Shown here: positions 19,501 through 28,277 of the stretch, one piece after another
Layout of the letters: each line of letters begins with the position of its first letter
Numbering within the stretch: the first letter of the stretch is position 1
Virus record (IMG/VR): IMGVR_UViG_3300005826_000013
Coordinates: 1 to 49,882 of that record
Source: a virus
Length of the DNA: 49,882 nt
Direction: 5' to 3' (one strand)
Position numbers and translations under genes: made by a program
The notes under the pieces: model-generated
Seen by the model: only the letters and a program-made list of their open reading frames with translations
Database searches by the model: none
Told to the model about the DNA's origin: nothing

Positions 19501-19865
19501 GGCCCGAACGTCGCTCCACGAGCTAGACCCAGACCGAGCCCCGCAAGTGTCGGCAACGAGTTCATAATCTTGCGGTGAATAGGCGTCTTGTCGCGATGTG
19601 CGTCGATGATTGGCGAGCGAGCATACGCCGGAACGTCTCCACCATCTTCGTAGTGACGTCGACGGCGCTCTTCAGTAGCGGCTCCGCCTGTCGCTGCCTT
19701 GCGGCGCTTCTTCTTCGCCATTCCCGCTTCGCTCATCGCAATAGCAACGGCTTGCTTGCGACTCGTCACCTTCGGGCCTTTCTTCGAGCCCGAATGCAGC
19801 TTTCCCCGCTTGAACTCTCCCATCACCTTCGCGACCTTCTTCTTACCCTTCTTCATAGCTTCCAT
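16557..19865 (-). CDS. Large ejection-type protein (1103 aa) with a basic N-terminal module and an HExxH zincin motif
   Basis: Start at MEAMKKGKKK (GGGTAGG RBS, 7 nt after the upstream stop). VMGEFKRGKLHSGSKKGPKVTSRKQAVAIAMSEAG. PQHELGHVAQ. Long Gly/Ala/Gln-rich regions. Confidence 0.65.
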   Translation of the reverse strand: MEAMKKGKKKVAKVMGEFKRGKLHSGSKKGPKVTSRKQAVAIAMSEAGMAKKKRRKAATGGAATEERRRRHYEDGGDVPAYARSPIIDAHRDKTPIHRKIMNSLPTLAGLGLGLARGATFGPGPGDSIIAEYPDKSGTIDPQTLGEVMLLPQGRWRDTAVPQHELGHVAQGSYFGPLLPAFAAIASMVQSARGKDPYLDNPFETSALEMGGKEMAKTGERQRFAVGGIPGITQLGRPGQMTPPDQPLYDTTLGAATGIKANTGALDKYAGNLAGFTPGGGQDINALRGFNPLTGAAATTQNQLLTSGLETNVDPITQAASIRAQNEFSGLSDKLNEKYAALGLGSSTAREAALARERSRLAGGVAAQGLEAGVAAKEAAAGRRQGALSTELGGSAQRLGATQGALEGSLGQSGQQLSGLQSAAGAAGTSAGLNLQGQTAKAGATGNIFGTLSPQVNQVVQTPMPQKPASGGILGSTSARRTDPYYSKFGYAKGGRVDYGDYLSNLVYGKTFTRPDAQPEPSRYREPSSYGSRLGPEPVRDYNQPMTQSQGRPAPSLDPRGLRDYLSVAGKGVAPIGQTDPRALDAWLQWMGPQRVHEGLMQTGRLATIGRPGSSAKHGFNQDQIAQDRAVEMAYAGAPRQYGAEGGQPQDLAPGGVFAPPMPFEEGVLSPGLMTPRRQFYDDGGGVAPGVDDGTDRIPAMLRAEELVVTPELARRIDMAKPVGPHGGLIGDLQSLYRKPLDYSDDHGEFVAAEGGRADTRPGFLEWLASLFPEQPRAGKALPEWTGQAPWSMEAGTPPPREAAPGVPEDFYSFEPPKSLPNAREQFSAEQFKPPVGPVDMPSAGSPASIEKARGPGEVSMSSKHLTQAGDAGFGRITPQAGKGSFSAMSTTVPSAQPRSVEQRQQEALDYAMQRRDLINSALAADPVGSPAKRARLENAAQRAQQDIDSMVKQVEAGAQRKIAERLAEVEATKAEAMLNEATASRLRAAAQQTTAEAAYAKVLQEAAANDPMLAQLLNTFEASGLAKTERGAAMGEAILNEILKSRGLNIQENGWFRRLFGAPDYELTPTAPPADASGGQPVAPSTMTPEAAAYLQQYLGVS

Positions 19866-19872
19866 CCTACCC

Positions 19873-20565
19873 TTAATTCCGGCTAAGCTCCACCCAACGC
19901 TTGTTGCCGCTGGCAGGGGCATTGTTCCAGAGAAGCGTCAGTGTGCCGTCGGCTCGCGAGGTATAGTCACCCGTTGGCATTGAGATTGTCTCCGCAGCAC
20001 CTCCAGTTCCCGCGTTGGTAATCGTAACGTTGGAGTTGTCGAAGATGATGTGGAGGACTGTCGGATAGTCACCTGGAGGAGCGCTGATTTTCGCCACAGA
20101 TGCCGCTGCTCCCGCTGTGAGCTTGAAGCATTGGGCTGGCGGAGTCACGGTTTGTGCAGCTCCAGTAACCGACGTGGCCCCCACCAAAGCAAACCCGAAC
20201 GCGGGCGCACTATTCCAAGTCGTGGGAGCTACAGCATCACTTACAAACTGGAATCCATTCAACCACAGCATTCCTATTCGAGCAGAGACCGTTCCAAGCC
20301 TCAAACCTCCCGAAGTAGTAAGGGTCGTCGCGGCTGCCGTAGACTCATCCATATGCAAGATGGTGCTGTCTAACGTCATCTTCACGTTGCCCCCGAGATA
20401 AAAACGGATGGTTCCATCGGACGTAGAGCCGATAGAGGCGAACAAAGACAAGTCGTCTCCATTCACTCCATCCGAGTACGAAGCCACGAAAGATTCTCCA
20501 GCAACCGCAGAAGGAGCAGCGAAGTTCTTGTAGACTCGCGCTTCCTTCGAGGCTTGTCCATGCAT
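19873..20565 (-). CDS. Virion/tail-associated protein (230 aa)
   Basis: ORF track. Beta-rich, T/S/G/A-rich composition typical of fibre-like proteins. Call rests on position. Confidence 0.5.
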   Translation of the reverse strand: MHGQASKEARVYKNFAAPSAVAGESFVASYSDGVNGDDLSLFASIGSTSDGTIRFYLGGNVKMTLDSTILHMDESTAAATTLTTSGGLRLGTVSARIGMLWLNGFQFVSDAVAPTTWNSAPAFGFALVGATSVTGAAQTVTPPAQCFKLTAGAAASVAKISAPPGDYPTVLHIIFDNSNVTITNAGTGGAAETISMPTGDYTSRADGTLTLLWNNAPASGNKRWVELSRN

Positions 20566-21119
20566 TAGCTTGCGACTCCAAACGCAGCGAAAGTCAGGTT
20601 GGCTGTAGAGGCGTAGACGATGATCTTGTCACTCGCCGACATCGAAATCATGTTGTCCGAGGCAAAGAACAACGTGTCGGCTGAGGGAATAGCCACGTCA
20701 TAGAACAGGTAATCCTCATTGGCTAGAGCACCCCCACCTACCGAGACTCCCAAACGAAACGTCGCTGTGGTCGATCGATTACAGATCCACAACGAATTGA
20801 TCTTCGCTGTCTTGCTCGCAGGTACTTCGTAAAGGTCCGTCTCGGTCGTAGCATTCGGCGCTACTTGCCCCAAAGCCGTCGGCCCAGCAACAACTTCTAC
20901 CTGCAACTGATCGTCCGAGTTTACCCTCAGCGACTTGAGCGCTGCACTAGAATTCTTACCGTACAACGAACTCTTGAGAGTTCCATCGTTCTCGGCCAGC
21001 AGCTTGACCGGATTGCCCGCAGCATTGAATCCCTTCACTCTCATCTGGCCGAACAGTTCCCCAATCGAGAGTGGCAGACCTCCGGGAACCCACGAGCTCC
21101 GCCGCTTTGGGTAGCTCAA
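20565..21119 (-). CDS. Virion-associated protein (184 aa)
   Basis: ORF track. DLYEVPASKTAKINSLWICNRS...ASDKIIVYAS resembles a small conserved phage structural family. Recalled from memory, not verified. Confidence 0.5.
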   Translation of the reverse strand: MSYPKRRSSWVPGGLPLSIGELFGQMRVKGFNAAGNPVKLLAENDGTLKSSLYGKNSSAALKSLRVNSDDQLQVEVVAGPTALGQVAPNATTETDLYEVPASKTAKINSLWICNRSTTATFRLGVSVGGGALANEDYLFYDVAIPSADTLFFASDNMISMSASDKIIVYASTANLTFAAFGVAS

Positions 21120-23944
21120 AACTCACTCCCAGTCTCATACTCGACCAACAGCTTCGAGATCTTCAGACGCTGCCGCGCAGTCTCGTCTGTCTGGTTGTTG
21201 CGAATACGAAGAGTCAGTTCACGTCCTGCCGTCGGAGTGACGAGATCTGCAAAGACCTGTCTAGACTCCGTCGGACTGTCTGCCTTCTTCTGCTCCCATC
21301 CTTCAAAACCAAAATCAACGCTTGAAGTCTGCGAGAAGACGACGCCACCATCACGCGACACATCGAATGTCAACGCGACTCGTCCTCGATCCTCATACTC
21401 CATCCATACGCGATGCAGCGAAGCGTGCTGAAGCAGATCCTTCTCTCCGAGAACCATCGCACCGGTCTCCAACGAAAAATCGATCGGAGTCTCTCGAATG
21501 GAGTTAGGGTGGTCGAAGTTGCCCGTGCGTGACGTAAAGAACTCGTTACGAAAGTTCAACGGTCCCGGAGCTGTGAGCCAGTCAGACGCTTGATCGTAGT
21601 CAAAGAAGAAAGGAACTCCTAGCTCGGTCCCCAGTACCATCGTCTTGACGCCGTCTCGCGGGTCTGCGACGCCATAAGGATCGCCTTCGATAGATCCCGT
21701 TGCTGCGTCTCTTACGAGCGTCCACTCTCCCGCGCAAGTAATACCGAAAGGAAACTCCCATCGAGTCCACCGTCCTTGATCGAGATGAAACACCCAGGCT
21801 TGTCGAGGAAAAATATCATCACCCTCCGGAACAAACAGCACATACAGATTCTGCTGGCGCTCAATCCCAGCGAACGCAAAATCCATAAACCCTCGGTTCG
21901 TAAGCTCTTTGATGTCTAGATCGATCTCTTGGGACACCCAGTCGACGTTCGTCCCGTTGAACATATAGACTCCGAGACCTTGAGGACCTCTCCCAAAGAA
22001 CAGATGCGTCGCCTGCCCACCTTGATCGAGAATCGGAAGACACGATCGGGGTGCAACGATACCGGTGTCCGAGTCCACGAGAATCGGCACGAATGGCGCA
22101 TCATCATCGCCAGTCCACCGAATCGTGTAAACGCCCTTGTCGAGGTACACCGCACTGACGTGCGACGACAACGGCAGACCTTTCCTCACTCGCCCTTCAC
22201 CTCCATGCGTCAAGTCGAGATCGCCTGACGTAGCTCCAGTCCAGTCGTCGGGGTCTGCAAGCGCTGTCCAAGCGACTCGCTTGATAGTCCGCGTACCGCT
22301 CAAGATCGTATCGGCTTTAAACAGCCGCTGTGCGAACGACCAGATCGTGTGTCCGAGTGGCAAGCCTGTCGTCAACTGCGTGATCACCGAGTCCGATCCG
22401 CCATAGACGTACGTGTCGTTGATCGAATTCTCGATATACAAGCTTCCGAAGAATTCCGCCACATCCCAGTTAACAAAAGCTGCCGAAGGCTGCGTCGCCG
22501 AATCAAGGATATCGACGAGATCCGCGCCTTCCTCGGGACTCTGCTGATTCAACCGCTGAAAGCTTCGAGTCGTTCCCATGATCCGACCAAGCTGAATCTG
22601 TTGCGTCGTCGCCGACGTCTGCCTAGCAGCCGCGTAGAGATTGACCTGCGTGATGTCGACACCTTCGGTATCTGTCGGACCTTCAACGAAAAGCTCAGCT
22701 GCCGAGAAATACATGTCGGGCGAACCTGTCTCAATCTCGACACCAAACTCCAAGCCGTTCGAGACCTCGGTCGGAGTGAAGGCTGCGGACGTTTCAGGAT
22801 TGGTAGTGACCTCAACGTCGATCAGCGAGAGTCCTGCATTAGGCTTGACCTCAAAGATCTGACAGCCTTCGTCGAACTCTCCCGGAGGATCATAGGTAGA
22901 GAACCACTCGTCGGGAGGAAAGAACTGCTTCGAGACCACAACACCCGTAGCGACGTTTCGCCTCACCGCGTCTGTCCCAACATGGTACACCGTCACAGTA
23001 CCGTTGATATTAGGCGGAACATTCGCTAACGCGAAGCGGACATCCACTGAGTCAATTGAGCTCATCGCGACGCTCAGACCCTCAAACTGAATTGACAACC
23101 GATCGCCTGCCGATCCACGAACCGTCGTCGTGTAGTCAACGAAGAACGACATCGGATACTCTTCAGTACCCTTCCACGAGTCCGATCCAGCCGGAAGCCA
23201 GTCGTCATCCTGCCCCGTCGTCGAAGCCGCGCAGAGAACGATCCCAGGCTCCTCCTCCTTCGTCATTACGAGCTCAGCCTGAAAAGCGTTGACCGTCGAC
23301 TCAATCCAAGGGTAGCCATCTTGGGCAACCGGTACCGGCAAGAAGAAGTCCATATAGCCGTCGGAGACGTTCTCCTCGACGTTGTCATACGAGCAGTTCG
23401 AGATCTCGACCGAACCGATCAGTTCACCATCCAGCGCTCCATTGCCATAGTAAGCGAAGATTTTCTGCTTTGCAGGCTTCGTCGCAACAGCCCGAAAATG
23501 CAGAATCACCGTGTCGATGAACTCTGCTGACGGCGACAGCGAAGCGAAGTCAAGCGTCATCGTCGAACCGCTCGTCACAGCCCGAACCTTCGTCGTCGCG
23601 TCATCTGGCGCAGCCTCATCCAACGCCGCATGAACCGACGCAGCCCCCGTGATCGTCCAGCCGGTGTTTGCTATAGTCGCGTTCGGGATCAAGACTTGCT
23701 GCGAGCCTACCGACGAGTCCTCGTCTCCCCACGCTACGGCCTCCCGCAAAAACGTAATAACTCCCGCAGCTCGGCTCGACGTGTCTTGCGACGGTGGTCC
23801 AACAGGCCGAAGTCCTGGCCGAGTTACAAACCAGCCATCGTCAATAAGGACGTTTGTCAGGCGTCGCCACGCTACCTGATTCAGTGGACGAGACGAGTCC
23901 ATCCCATTGACATCGAGCGGAAAATACGCCCTCGCAGTCTTCAT
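21116..23944 (-). CDS. Tail tubular protein B / nozzle-like protein (942 aa)
   Basis: Size, position after a ~230-aa gene, and an N-terminus (NGMDSSRPLNQV..FVTRPGL) reminiscent of T7 gp12-type proteins. Confidence 0.5.
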   Translation of the reverse strand: MKTARAYFPLDVNGMDSSRPLNQVAWRRLTNVLIDDGWFVTRPGLRPVGPPSQDTSSRAAGVITFLREAVAWGDEDSSVGSQQVLIPNATIANTGWTITGAASVHAALDEAAPDDATTKVRAVTSGSTMTLDFASLSPSAEFIDTVILHFRAVATKPAKQKIFAYYGNGALDGELIGSVEISNCSYDNVEENVSDGYMDFFLPVPVAQDGYPWIESTVNAFQAELVMTKEEEPGIVLCAASTTGQDDDWLPAGSDSWKGTEEYPMSFFVDYTTTVRGSAGDRLSIQFEGLSVAMSSIDSVDVRFALANVPPNINGTVTVYHVGTDAVRRNVATGVVVSKQFFPPDEWFSTYDPPGEFDEGCQIFEVKPNAGLSLIDVEVTTNPETSAAFTPTEVSNGLEFGVEIETGSPDMYFSAAELFVEGPTDTEGVDITQVNLYAAARQTSATTQQIQLGRIMGTTRSFQRLNQQSPEEGADLVDILDSATQPSAAFVNWDVAEFFGSLYIENSINDTYVYGGSDSVITQLTTGLPLGHTIWSFAQRLFKADTILSGTRTIKRVAWTALADPDDWTGATSGDLDLTHGGEGRVRKGLPLSSHVSAVYLDKGVYTIRWTGDDDAPFVPILVDSDTGIVAPRSCLPILDQGGQATHLFFGRGPQGLGVYMFNGTNVDWVSQEIDLDIKELTNRGFMDFAFAGIERQQNLYVLFVPEGDDIFPRQAWVFHLDQGRWTRWEFPFGITCAGEWTLVRDAATGSIEGDPYGVADPRDGVKTMVLGTELGVPFFFDYDQASDWLTAPGPLNFRNEFFTSRTGNFDHPNSIRETPIDFSLETGAMVLGEKDLLQHASLHRVWMEYEDRGRVALTFDVSRDGGVVFSQTSSVDFGFEGWEQKKADSPTESRQVFADLVTPTAGRELTLRIRNNQTDETARQRLKISKLLVEYETGSEF

Positions 23945-24643
23945 TTAGTGCCGTCCCATCCCAGACGAGGGTCGGTGCTGATGAGAGCCTTGGATCATCC
24001 GAGCATCTCGATCTTCTCGATTCTCGATGTCCTTCGAGTTGTCGAGCACAAAGTTGATAGACTCTTGGAACAGCGCCATCGTCTCTTCTCGACGCTCCCG
24101 ATCCCCCGTCAGCGTAAACAGCTTATACGCTGCGCGTAGCACCGTCGGCTCCTCCCACTCAGCATTGAGAGGAAACGTATCGGCATCCGCAGACAGAACC
24201 GTCGGCCTCAACAGCATCCGAACCTGAATCGACCAGTTGTTACCGTCGTTGTCATCAGGCACCTTGTTGTACAAGATGATCTCGTTCGCATACCGAAAAT
24301 ACTTCCTCGGTCTGCCGATGTTGTTGGAGTCCGTGAAGTCCTGATCCATAGCGTCAAATTCACGCCAATTCCCCCGGATCAGCCTTCTGTCGTTCGAGTC
24401 GATGTTCGTGTTGAGGAGGGTCGCTCCTAGAACGGCCAGCACGTCGCTTGTCGCCAAGATGTCGTAGTCTGGCGTCTGAGTTGTCGTTGTGATCGTCACG
24501 GTTGAGAAAAACTCCGGCGGTTTTACCAACAACATGACGTCGAGCACGGCCTGATTGATCTTCGACTTCACGTACGTTATTAGATCCGTCCGCTGCCGAA
24601 TGTGGTACTGCACCTCGTTCTGGATCTGAAGAAACGTCGTCAT
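23945..24643 (-). CDS. Adaptor / tail tubular protein A-like (232 aa)
   Basis: Positional call only; it directly precedes the nozzle-like gene. Confidence 0.4.
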   Translation of the reverse strand: MTTFLQIQNEVQYHIRQRTDLITYVKSKINQAVLDVMLLVKPPEFFSTVTITTTTQTPDYDILATSDVLAVLGATLLNTNIDSNDRRLIRGNWREFDAMDQDFTDSNNIGRPRKYFRYANEIILYNKVPDDNDGNNWSIQVRMLLRPTVLSADADTFPLNAEWEEPTVLRAAYKLFTLTGDRERREETMALFQESINFVLDNSKDIENREDRDARMIQGSHQHRPSSGMGRH

Positions 24644-25536
24644 CAGTCCCTCTCAAACACCGTAGCGTTACGTCGCCGCTCGCGGTTAATTTCATCTCGA
24701 TCCGTAGAGACTTCTCGGCGGGCGACAACCAGACCGCTCGCAGACTCAAGAACAAGCTCTGACTCAGGGAAAGGAATTCCGCTTCGGTCGGACTCCTTCC
24801 AAAGCTCTCCTCGGAATCCGCGAGAAAGCGTCTCAACACCGGCTGGACGTCCTGGAGTGTGGGAGGCTTGACCAAAACGACTAAGACTTCCGGCTGATCC
24901 ACCATTCTTGCCGAAAGTGCTTGGACCTCCGAAGAGGTACAGCTCGGGAGCAACTCCAACACCTCGCAAGGCTCCGGGTCCAAGTCCGATTTGCTCTCTA
25001 CGCGCACCGTAGAATTTTCGTCGGTTCGCCTCCACGGCAAGGCTCTTGTAGGCGGTCGAGAAGAAGACATAGTCAAAAGCTCCATTGAAAAAAGAAGTCG
25101 CTGCGTCCGCTCCATCGTTCGATGCCCCAACCCACCAAGGGTCATCGAGGTCAATCGCCGAGTCGACGATCGTAGGGGTGTCGGCGTAATCAGTATCGTT
25201 TACACGAAGCTGAGCCGCCACATTCCCAAGATCCACCGCCGCAAGCAAAAAGTACCACGTCGACGCGGCGAGCGTAAGACCCGTCGAGGCCAAGCCAAGA
25301 TTCTGCGCGGCGAGAGAATCCCGCCCGACAATACTCAAACCAGCGGACGAGTTGATCGCGACGGACAATCCAGGCACAGCGGACGCCGCAGGTACGATCG
25401 ACAGCAAGACTCTCGTTGCGCCAGTCACCGCGCTCCCAGTCTTGAACCAGACCGCGAGTGTAAACGTCTTCGATGCTGACGCAAGCGCAGTCTCTGACTG
25501 CCAGTAGTCACTCGTTCCGTCGAGCTGCACAGCCAT
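24643..25536 (-). CDS. LamG/concanavalin-A-like lectin-fold protein (297 aa)
   Basis: LDGTSDYW..FTLAVWFK..W(Y)FLLAAVD..LRVND..WWVG...FNGAFDYVFF follows the Laminin_G_3 pattern. Confidence 0.65.
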   Translation of the reverse strand: MAVQLDGTSDYWQSETALASASKTFTLAVWFKTGSAVTGATRVLLSIVPAASAVPGLSVAINSSAGLSIVGRDSLAAQNLGLASTGLTLAASTWYFLLAAVDLGNVAAQLRVNDTDYADTPTIVDSAIDLDDPWWVGASNDGADAATSFFNGAFDYVFFSTAYKSLAVEANRRKFYGARREQIGLGPGALRGVGVAPELYLFGGPSTFGKNGGSAGSLSRFGQASHTPGRPAGVETLSRGFRGELWKESDRSGIPFPESELVLESASGLVVARREVSTDRDEINRERRRNATVFERD

Positions 25537-25541
25537 CGTCG

Positions 25542-25706
25542 CTATCTTCCATGCCGCCGAACGTGATTGAACACCGCCGCAAACGTCCGCAGAACCGTCG
25601 CAACAACGCCAATGGACGCTGCACCGCTCTCAGCCCAGTAGTTCGTCTCCCAGTATCCCTGATGCCAATACCCCGAGTGCCAGTAGCCGTCTCCTCCTAG
25701 AGCCAT
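25542..25706 (-). CDS. Small protein with GYW repeats (54 aa)
   Basis: Hand-translated: MALGGDGYWHSGYWHQGYWETNYWAESGAASIGVVATVL... Fills the gap between two fibre-module genes. Confidence 0.45.
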   Translation of the reverse strand: MALGGDGYWHSGYWHQGYWETNYWAESGAASIGVVATVLRTFAAVFNHVRRHGR

Positions 25707-25960
25707 AGCTTGCCTTTCATGCGCCGGACGGCGATCTCAATCGCAAAGCCGATGTCGTCTTTCTGCTCCTTGGGAAACGCCTTCTGAAGCCGAGAGTAAA
25801 CCTGTGAGCGTTTAAACTCCCCGCCGCGCGGCAACTCGTCGATAGCAATGATGAGAGCTAGCGCCGATACAACGATCCGCTTGACGTTATCCGGCACTCG
25901 AATCGTATCATGCGCCTCTGGCACTTCACGTCTCGGATGAGCAATACCTAGAGTTATCAT
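25697..25960 (-). CDS. Hypothetical protein (87 aa)
   Basis: Internal ATG of ORF 25697..26086 overlaps the upstream TAA by 1 nt (TAATG). The longer form would lie inside the fibre gene. Confidence 0.5.
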   Translation of the reverse strand: MITLGIAHPRREVPEAHDTIRVPDNVKRIVVSALALIIAIDELPRGGEFKRSQVYSRLQKAFPKEQKDDIGFAIEIAVRRMKGKLWL

Positions 25961-27225
25961 TATGAACTCGGTGTCATGGTCATCGCAGTACGTTCCTGCG
26001 AGCCGTTGATTGTCGCTGCGATGCGAGTCGAGGTGCCTGACGGATCTTTCAACGTCGCGCCAAAATCCGTCGTCACACCAGCACAAGCAGCGAGTAGCAG
26101 GCTCAAGACTTGCTGCGCAGTGATCGAGCCGTTCGACTCGACGACCTTAGCCCAAATCTCAGTGACTGCATCCGCAGCCAACTCACTCGCCCCGATAGCG
26201 TCGGCAGCCAGCGACGCAGCCGTGATTGCGCCTGCGGCAAATGTCGACGACGTGATCGAGCCGTCCGCTAGCGCGAGCGCAGTCAACTGATCGCCCGTCC
26301 CTCCAGCCTCAGTCAGATGATCACCATCGCCGCCAGCTTCCGTCAGTCCAGCTCCCGCAGCTCCAATTTCCGCAGTGTCCACCAGGATAGCAGCGGTATC
26401 GCTCTTGACCGCAGCAATCGAGGTCGGGTAGTCATCCGACTGAAGCTCGTTCGTATCTGCAAGGATGTCCTTGACCGCTACTCCGAGGCTATCCGCTGTG
26501 ACATGAGCCGTGAGTGTCTCGTCGAGAATGGCGTCCACGCTCGCGGCGTCGATGGTAACGGCGGCCGTCACCGAGCCCACGGCGCCAGTGACCGAACCCA
26601 CCGAGCCGCTCAGGTTGCCGGTGATGTTGCCGACAATGTCCATCGTCTGATTTGGCAAGTTGATAGCGGTGAGATGGTCTCCAGTGCCCCCCGCTTCGGT
26701 GAGTCCCGCGCCAGCGACTCCAATCTCTGCCGTGTCCACGAGAATGTCGTCGACGATTCCGTCCACTACGTCGACCTTGCCCGAGATCGCCGCGAGAGCA
26801 CTCGGTGTGTCGTCCGCCTGGAGCTCGTTCGTATCTGCTAGGATTGTAGCGGTCTCTGCTTTGATGGCTCCAAGACCATCCGTAGCATTTGCGAGATCAA
26901 CTGCCGCCGCCGAACGAGAGAGCGAAAAGGTTCCAACAACCTCCCCGACAACCGACACACTACTCACCGTCCCCGTCGTAATGACGAGATTGTAATCCTT
27001 CCCCGCGTCATAGCCGTTTGCCGCTGTTGCAACGACGGTGATGAGATTGAGACCCGTTACGGAGTCATGGTCAACTCCAAGAGTGATCCCGGCTGTGATC
27101 TGAGTGAGACTCTCGTTCTCATAAGCAGAGACCACAGGAGTCCCTGCAAGAGTCGTAGGAATGCCCGTCGCGAACGCTCGCGTCGTGAACATCAAGTAGA
27201 TGGTGTCTTCTACGGTATAGTCCAT
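25960..27225 (-). CDS. Tail fibre protein with internal repeats (421 aa)
   Basis: Repeated ILADTNELQ(A/S)DD...(I/V)LVDTAEIG(V/A)AGAGLTEAGG(T/D)GDHLT blocks. A/T/G/S-rich. Confidence 0.65.
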   Translation of the reverse strand: MDYTVEDTIYLMFTTRAFATGIPTTLAGTPVVSAYENESLTQITAGITLGVDHDSVTGLNLITVVATAANGYDAGKDYNLVITTGTVSSVSVVGEVVGTFSLSRSAAAVDLANATDGLGAIKAETATILADTNELQADDTPSALAAISGKVDVVDGIVDDILVDTAEIGVAGAGLTEAGGTGDHLTAINLPNQTMDIVGNITGNLSGSVGSVTGAVGSVTAAVTIDAASVDAILDETLTAHVTADSLGVAVKDILADTNELQSDDYPTSIAAVKSDTAAILVDTAEIGAAGAGLTEAGGDGDHLTEAGGTGDQLTALALADGSITSSTFAAGAITAASLAADAIGASELAADAVTEIWAKVVESNGSITAQQVLSLLLAACAGVTTDFGATLKDPSGTSTRIAATINGSQERTAMTMTPSS

Positions 27226-27953
27226 TAGCCTGCTAGTCCTCCACCTCTTCCGGCGATTCCTCCAAGACCTGCAAGCCCTCCCGCCGCCGCGAGACTCGAC
27301 ATGATCCTACCGCTCGCCGCCACCACAGGCTTCAGCGCAAACCCCAACATCACCATCTGAATGCCAGAGGTGCTTGTCCAAGTTCGCGACATGCTTGTAG
27401 AAGTTGCTGCTCCGGCCTTCTCTGTGCTGTAAATATCGCTCACTCCATCTACAGCCAATCGCTCAGTCTGTCCGCCGCCATACGTCATTGCCTGTGTGCC
27501 ACAATGCAAATCCACCACGAGATCATCGACTGCCGAAGCAGGAGTTATGGTCAGCGTGTCCGCTGGAAGTTGAGAATCTTCTCCAGTAGATGGCGTGCCA
27601 GTTGGAGTAGTCTGATCAACCCCGGTGTAGTACGACACTCCCGCCAGTGGGTGCTCAACAGTTGTGTCACCCCACGTAGCAACGAAATCCGCTGTCTTTA
27701 CGTCTGGCGCGATAAGCCGATAAGCGCAAGCACTCCTCTGGTTGTTGCCTGCCGCTATAGTACCGAGTATCGTAGAAACCTCAGTAAGAGAATTGCCGTC
27801 AAAAGTCATTCCGGTGATAACCTGAGTATCGTCTCTCCACCCGGCCCATCCAATGAGGATGCGATCTGATCCGGAAGCCACCGTGAAAGAAATCGTAATG
27901 GTTGCTCCCGACGAAGTGTCAGAGCCGCTAGTGGATACGTGGGCAATTGCCAC
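27225..27953 (-). CDS. Fibre-module protein (242 aa) with a Gly-rich C-terminus
   Basis: ORF track. Beta-rich, and ends AAAGGLAGLGGIAGRGGGLAG. Confidence 0.5.
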   Translation of the reverse strand: MAIAHVSTSGSDTSSGATITISFTVASGSDRILIGWAGWRDDTQVITGMTFDGNSLTEVSTILGTIAAGNNQRSACAYRLIAPDVKTADFVATWGDTTVEHPLAGVSYYTGVDQTTPTGTPSTGEDSQLPADTLTITPASAVDDLVVDLHCGTQAMTYGGGQTERLAVDGVSDIYSTEKAGAATSTSMSRTWTSTSGIQMVMLGFALKPVVAASGRIMSSLAAAGGLAGLGGIAGRGGGLAG

Positions 27954-28276
27954 TATCTACCTCCTGACCACTCCAAAAATCTACCGTCACTTTTCCTCAC
28001 CCACCTCCACTGTCCTCGCACGAACACTCGGTCTGCAATGCTGAATAGCCGAGCCGAAAGTGGGTTTACTGCGGCACAAGCGGCTAGCTGCTCGGGAGTT
28101 CCTACCCAGCGTCTTGCGGTCAGACCATTCCTGTCGCGAAACTGTTCGTCCACCACCGCGATATTGAGATCCTTTGTCACTTGATCTAGCACTTGGTCTT
28201 CGATCACCTCTGTGAAAGGTTCGTCTGCTAAGATGCCGTCAGGGTCTCTAGCTATCAGCGAAATAGAGCGAGGCAC
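27953..28276 (-). CDS. Hypothetical protein (107 aa)
   Basis: ORF track. Packed tightly between neighbours. Confidence 0.45.
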   Translation of the reverse strand: MPRSISLIARDPDGILADEPFTEVIEDQVLDQVTKDLNIAVVDEQFRDRNGLTARRWVGTPEQLAACAAVNPLSARLFSIADRVFVRGQWRWVRKSDGRFLEWSGGR

Positions 28277-28277
28277 T

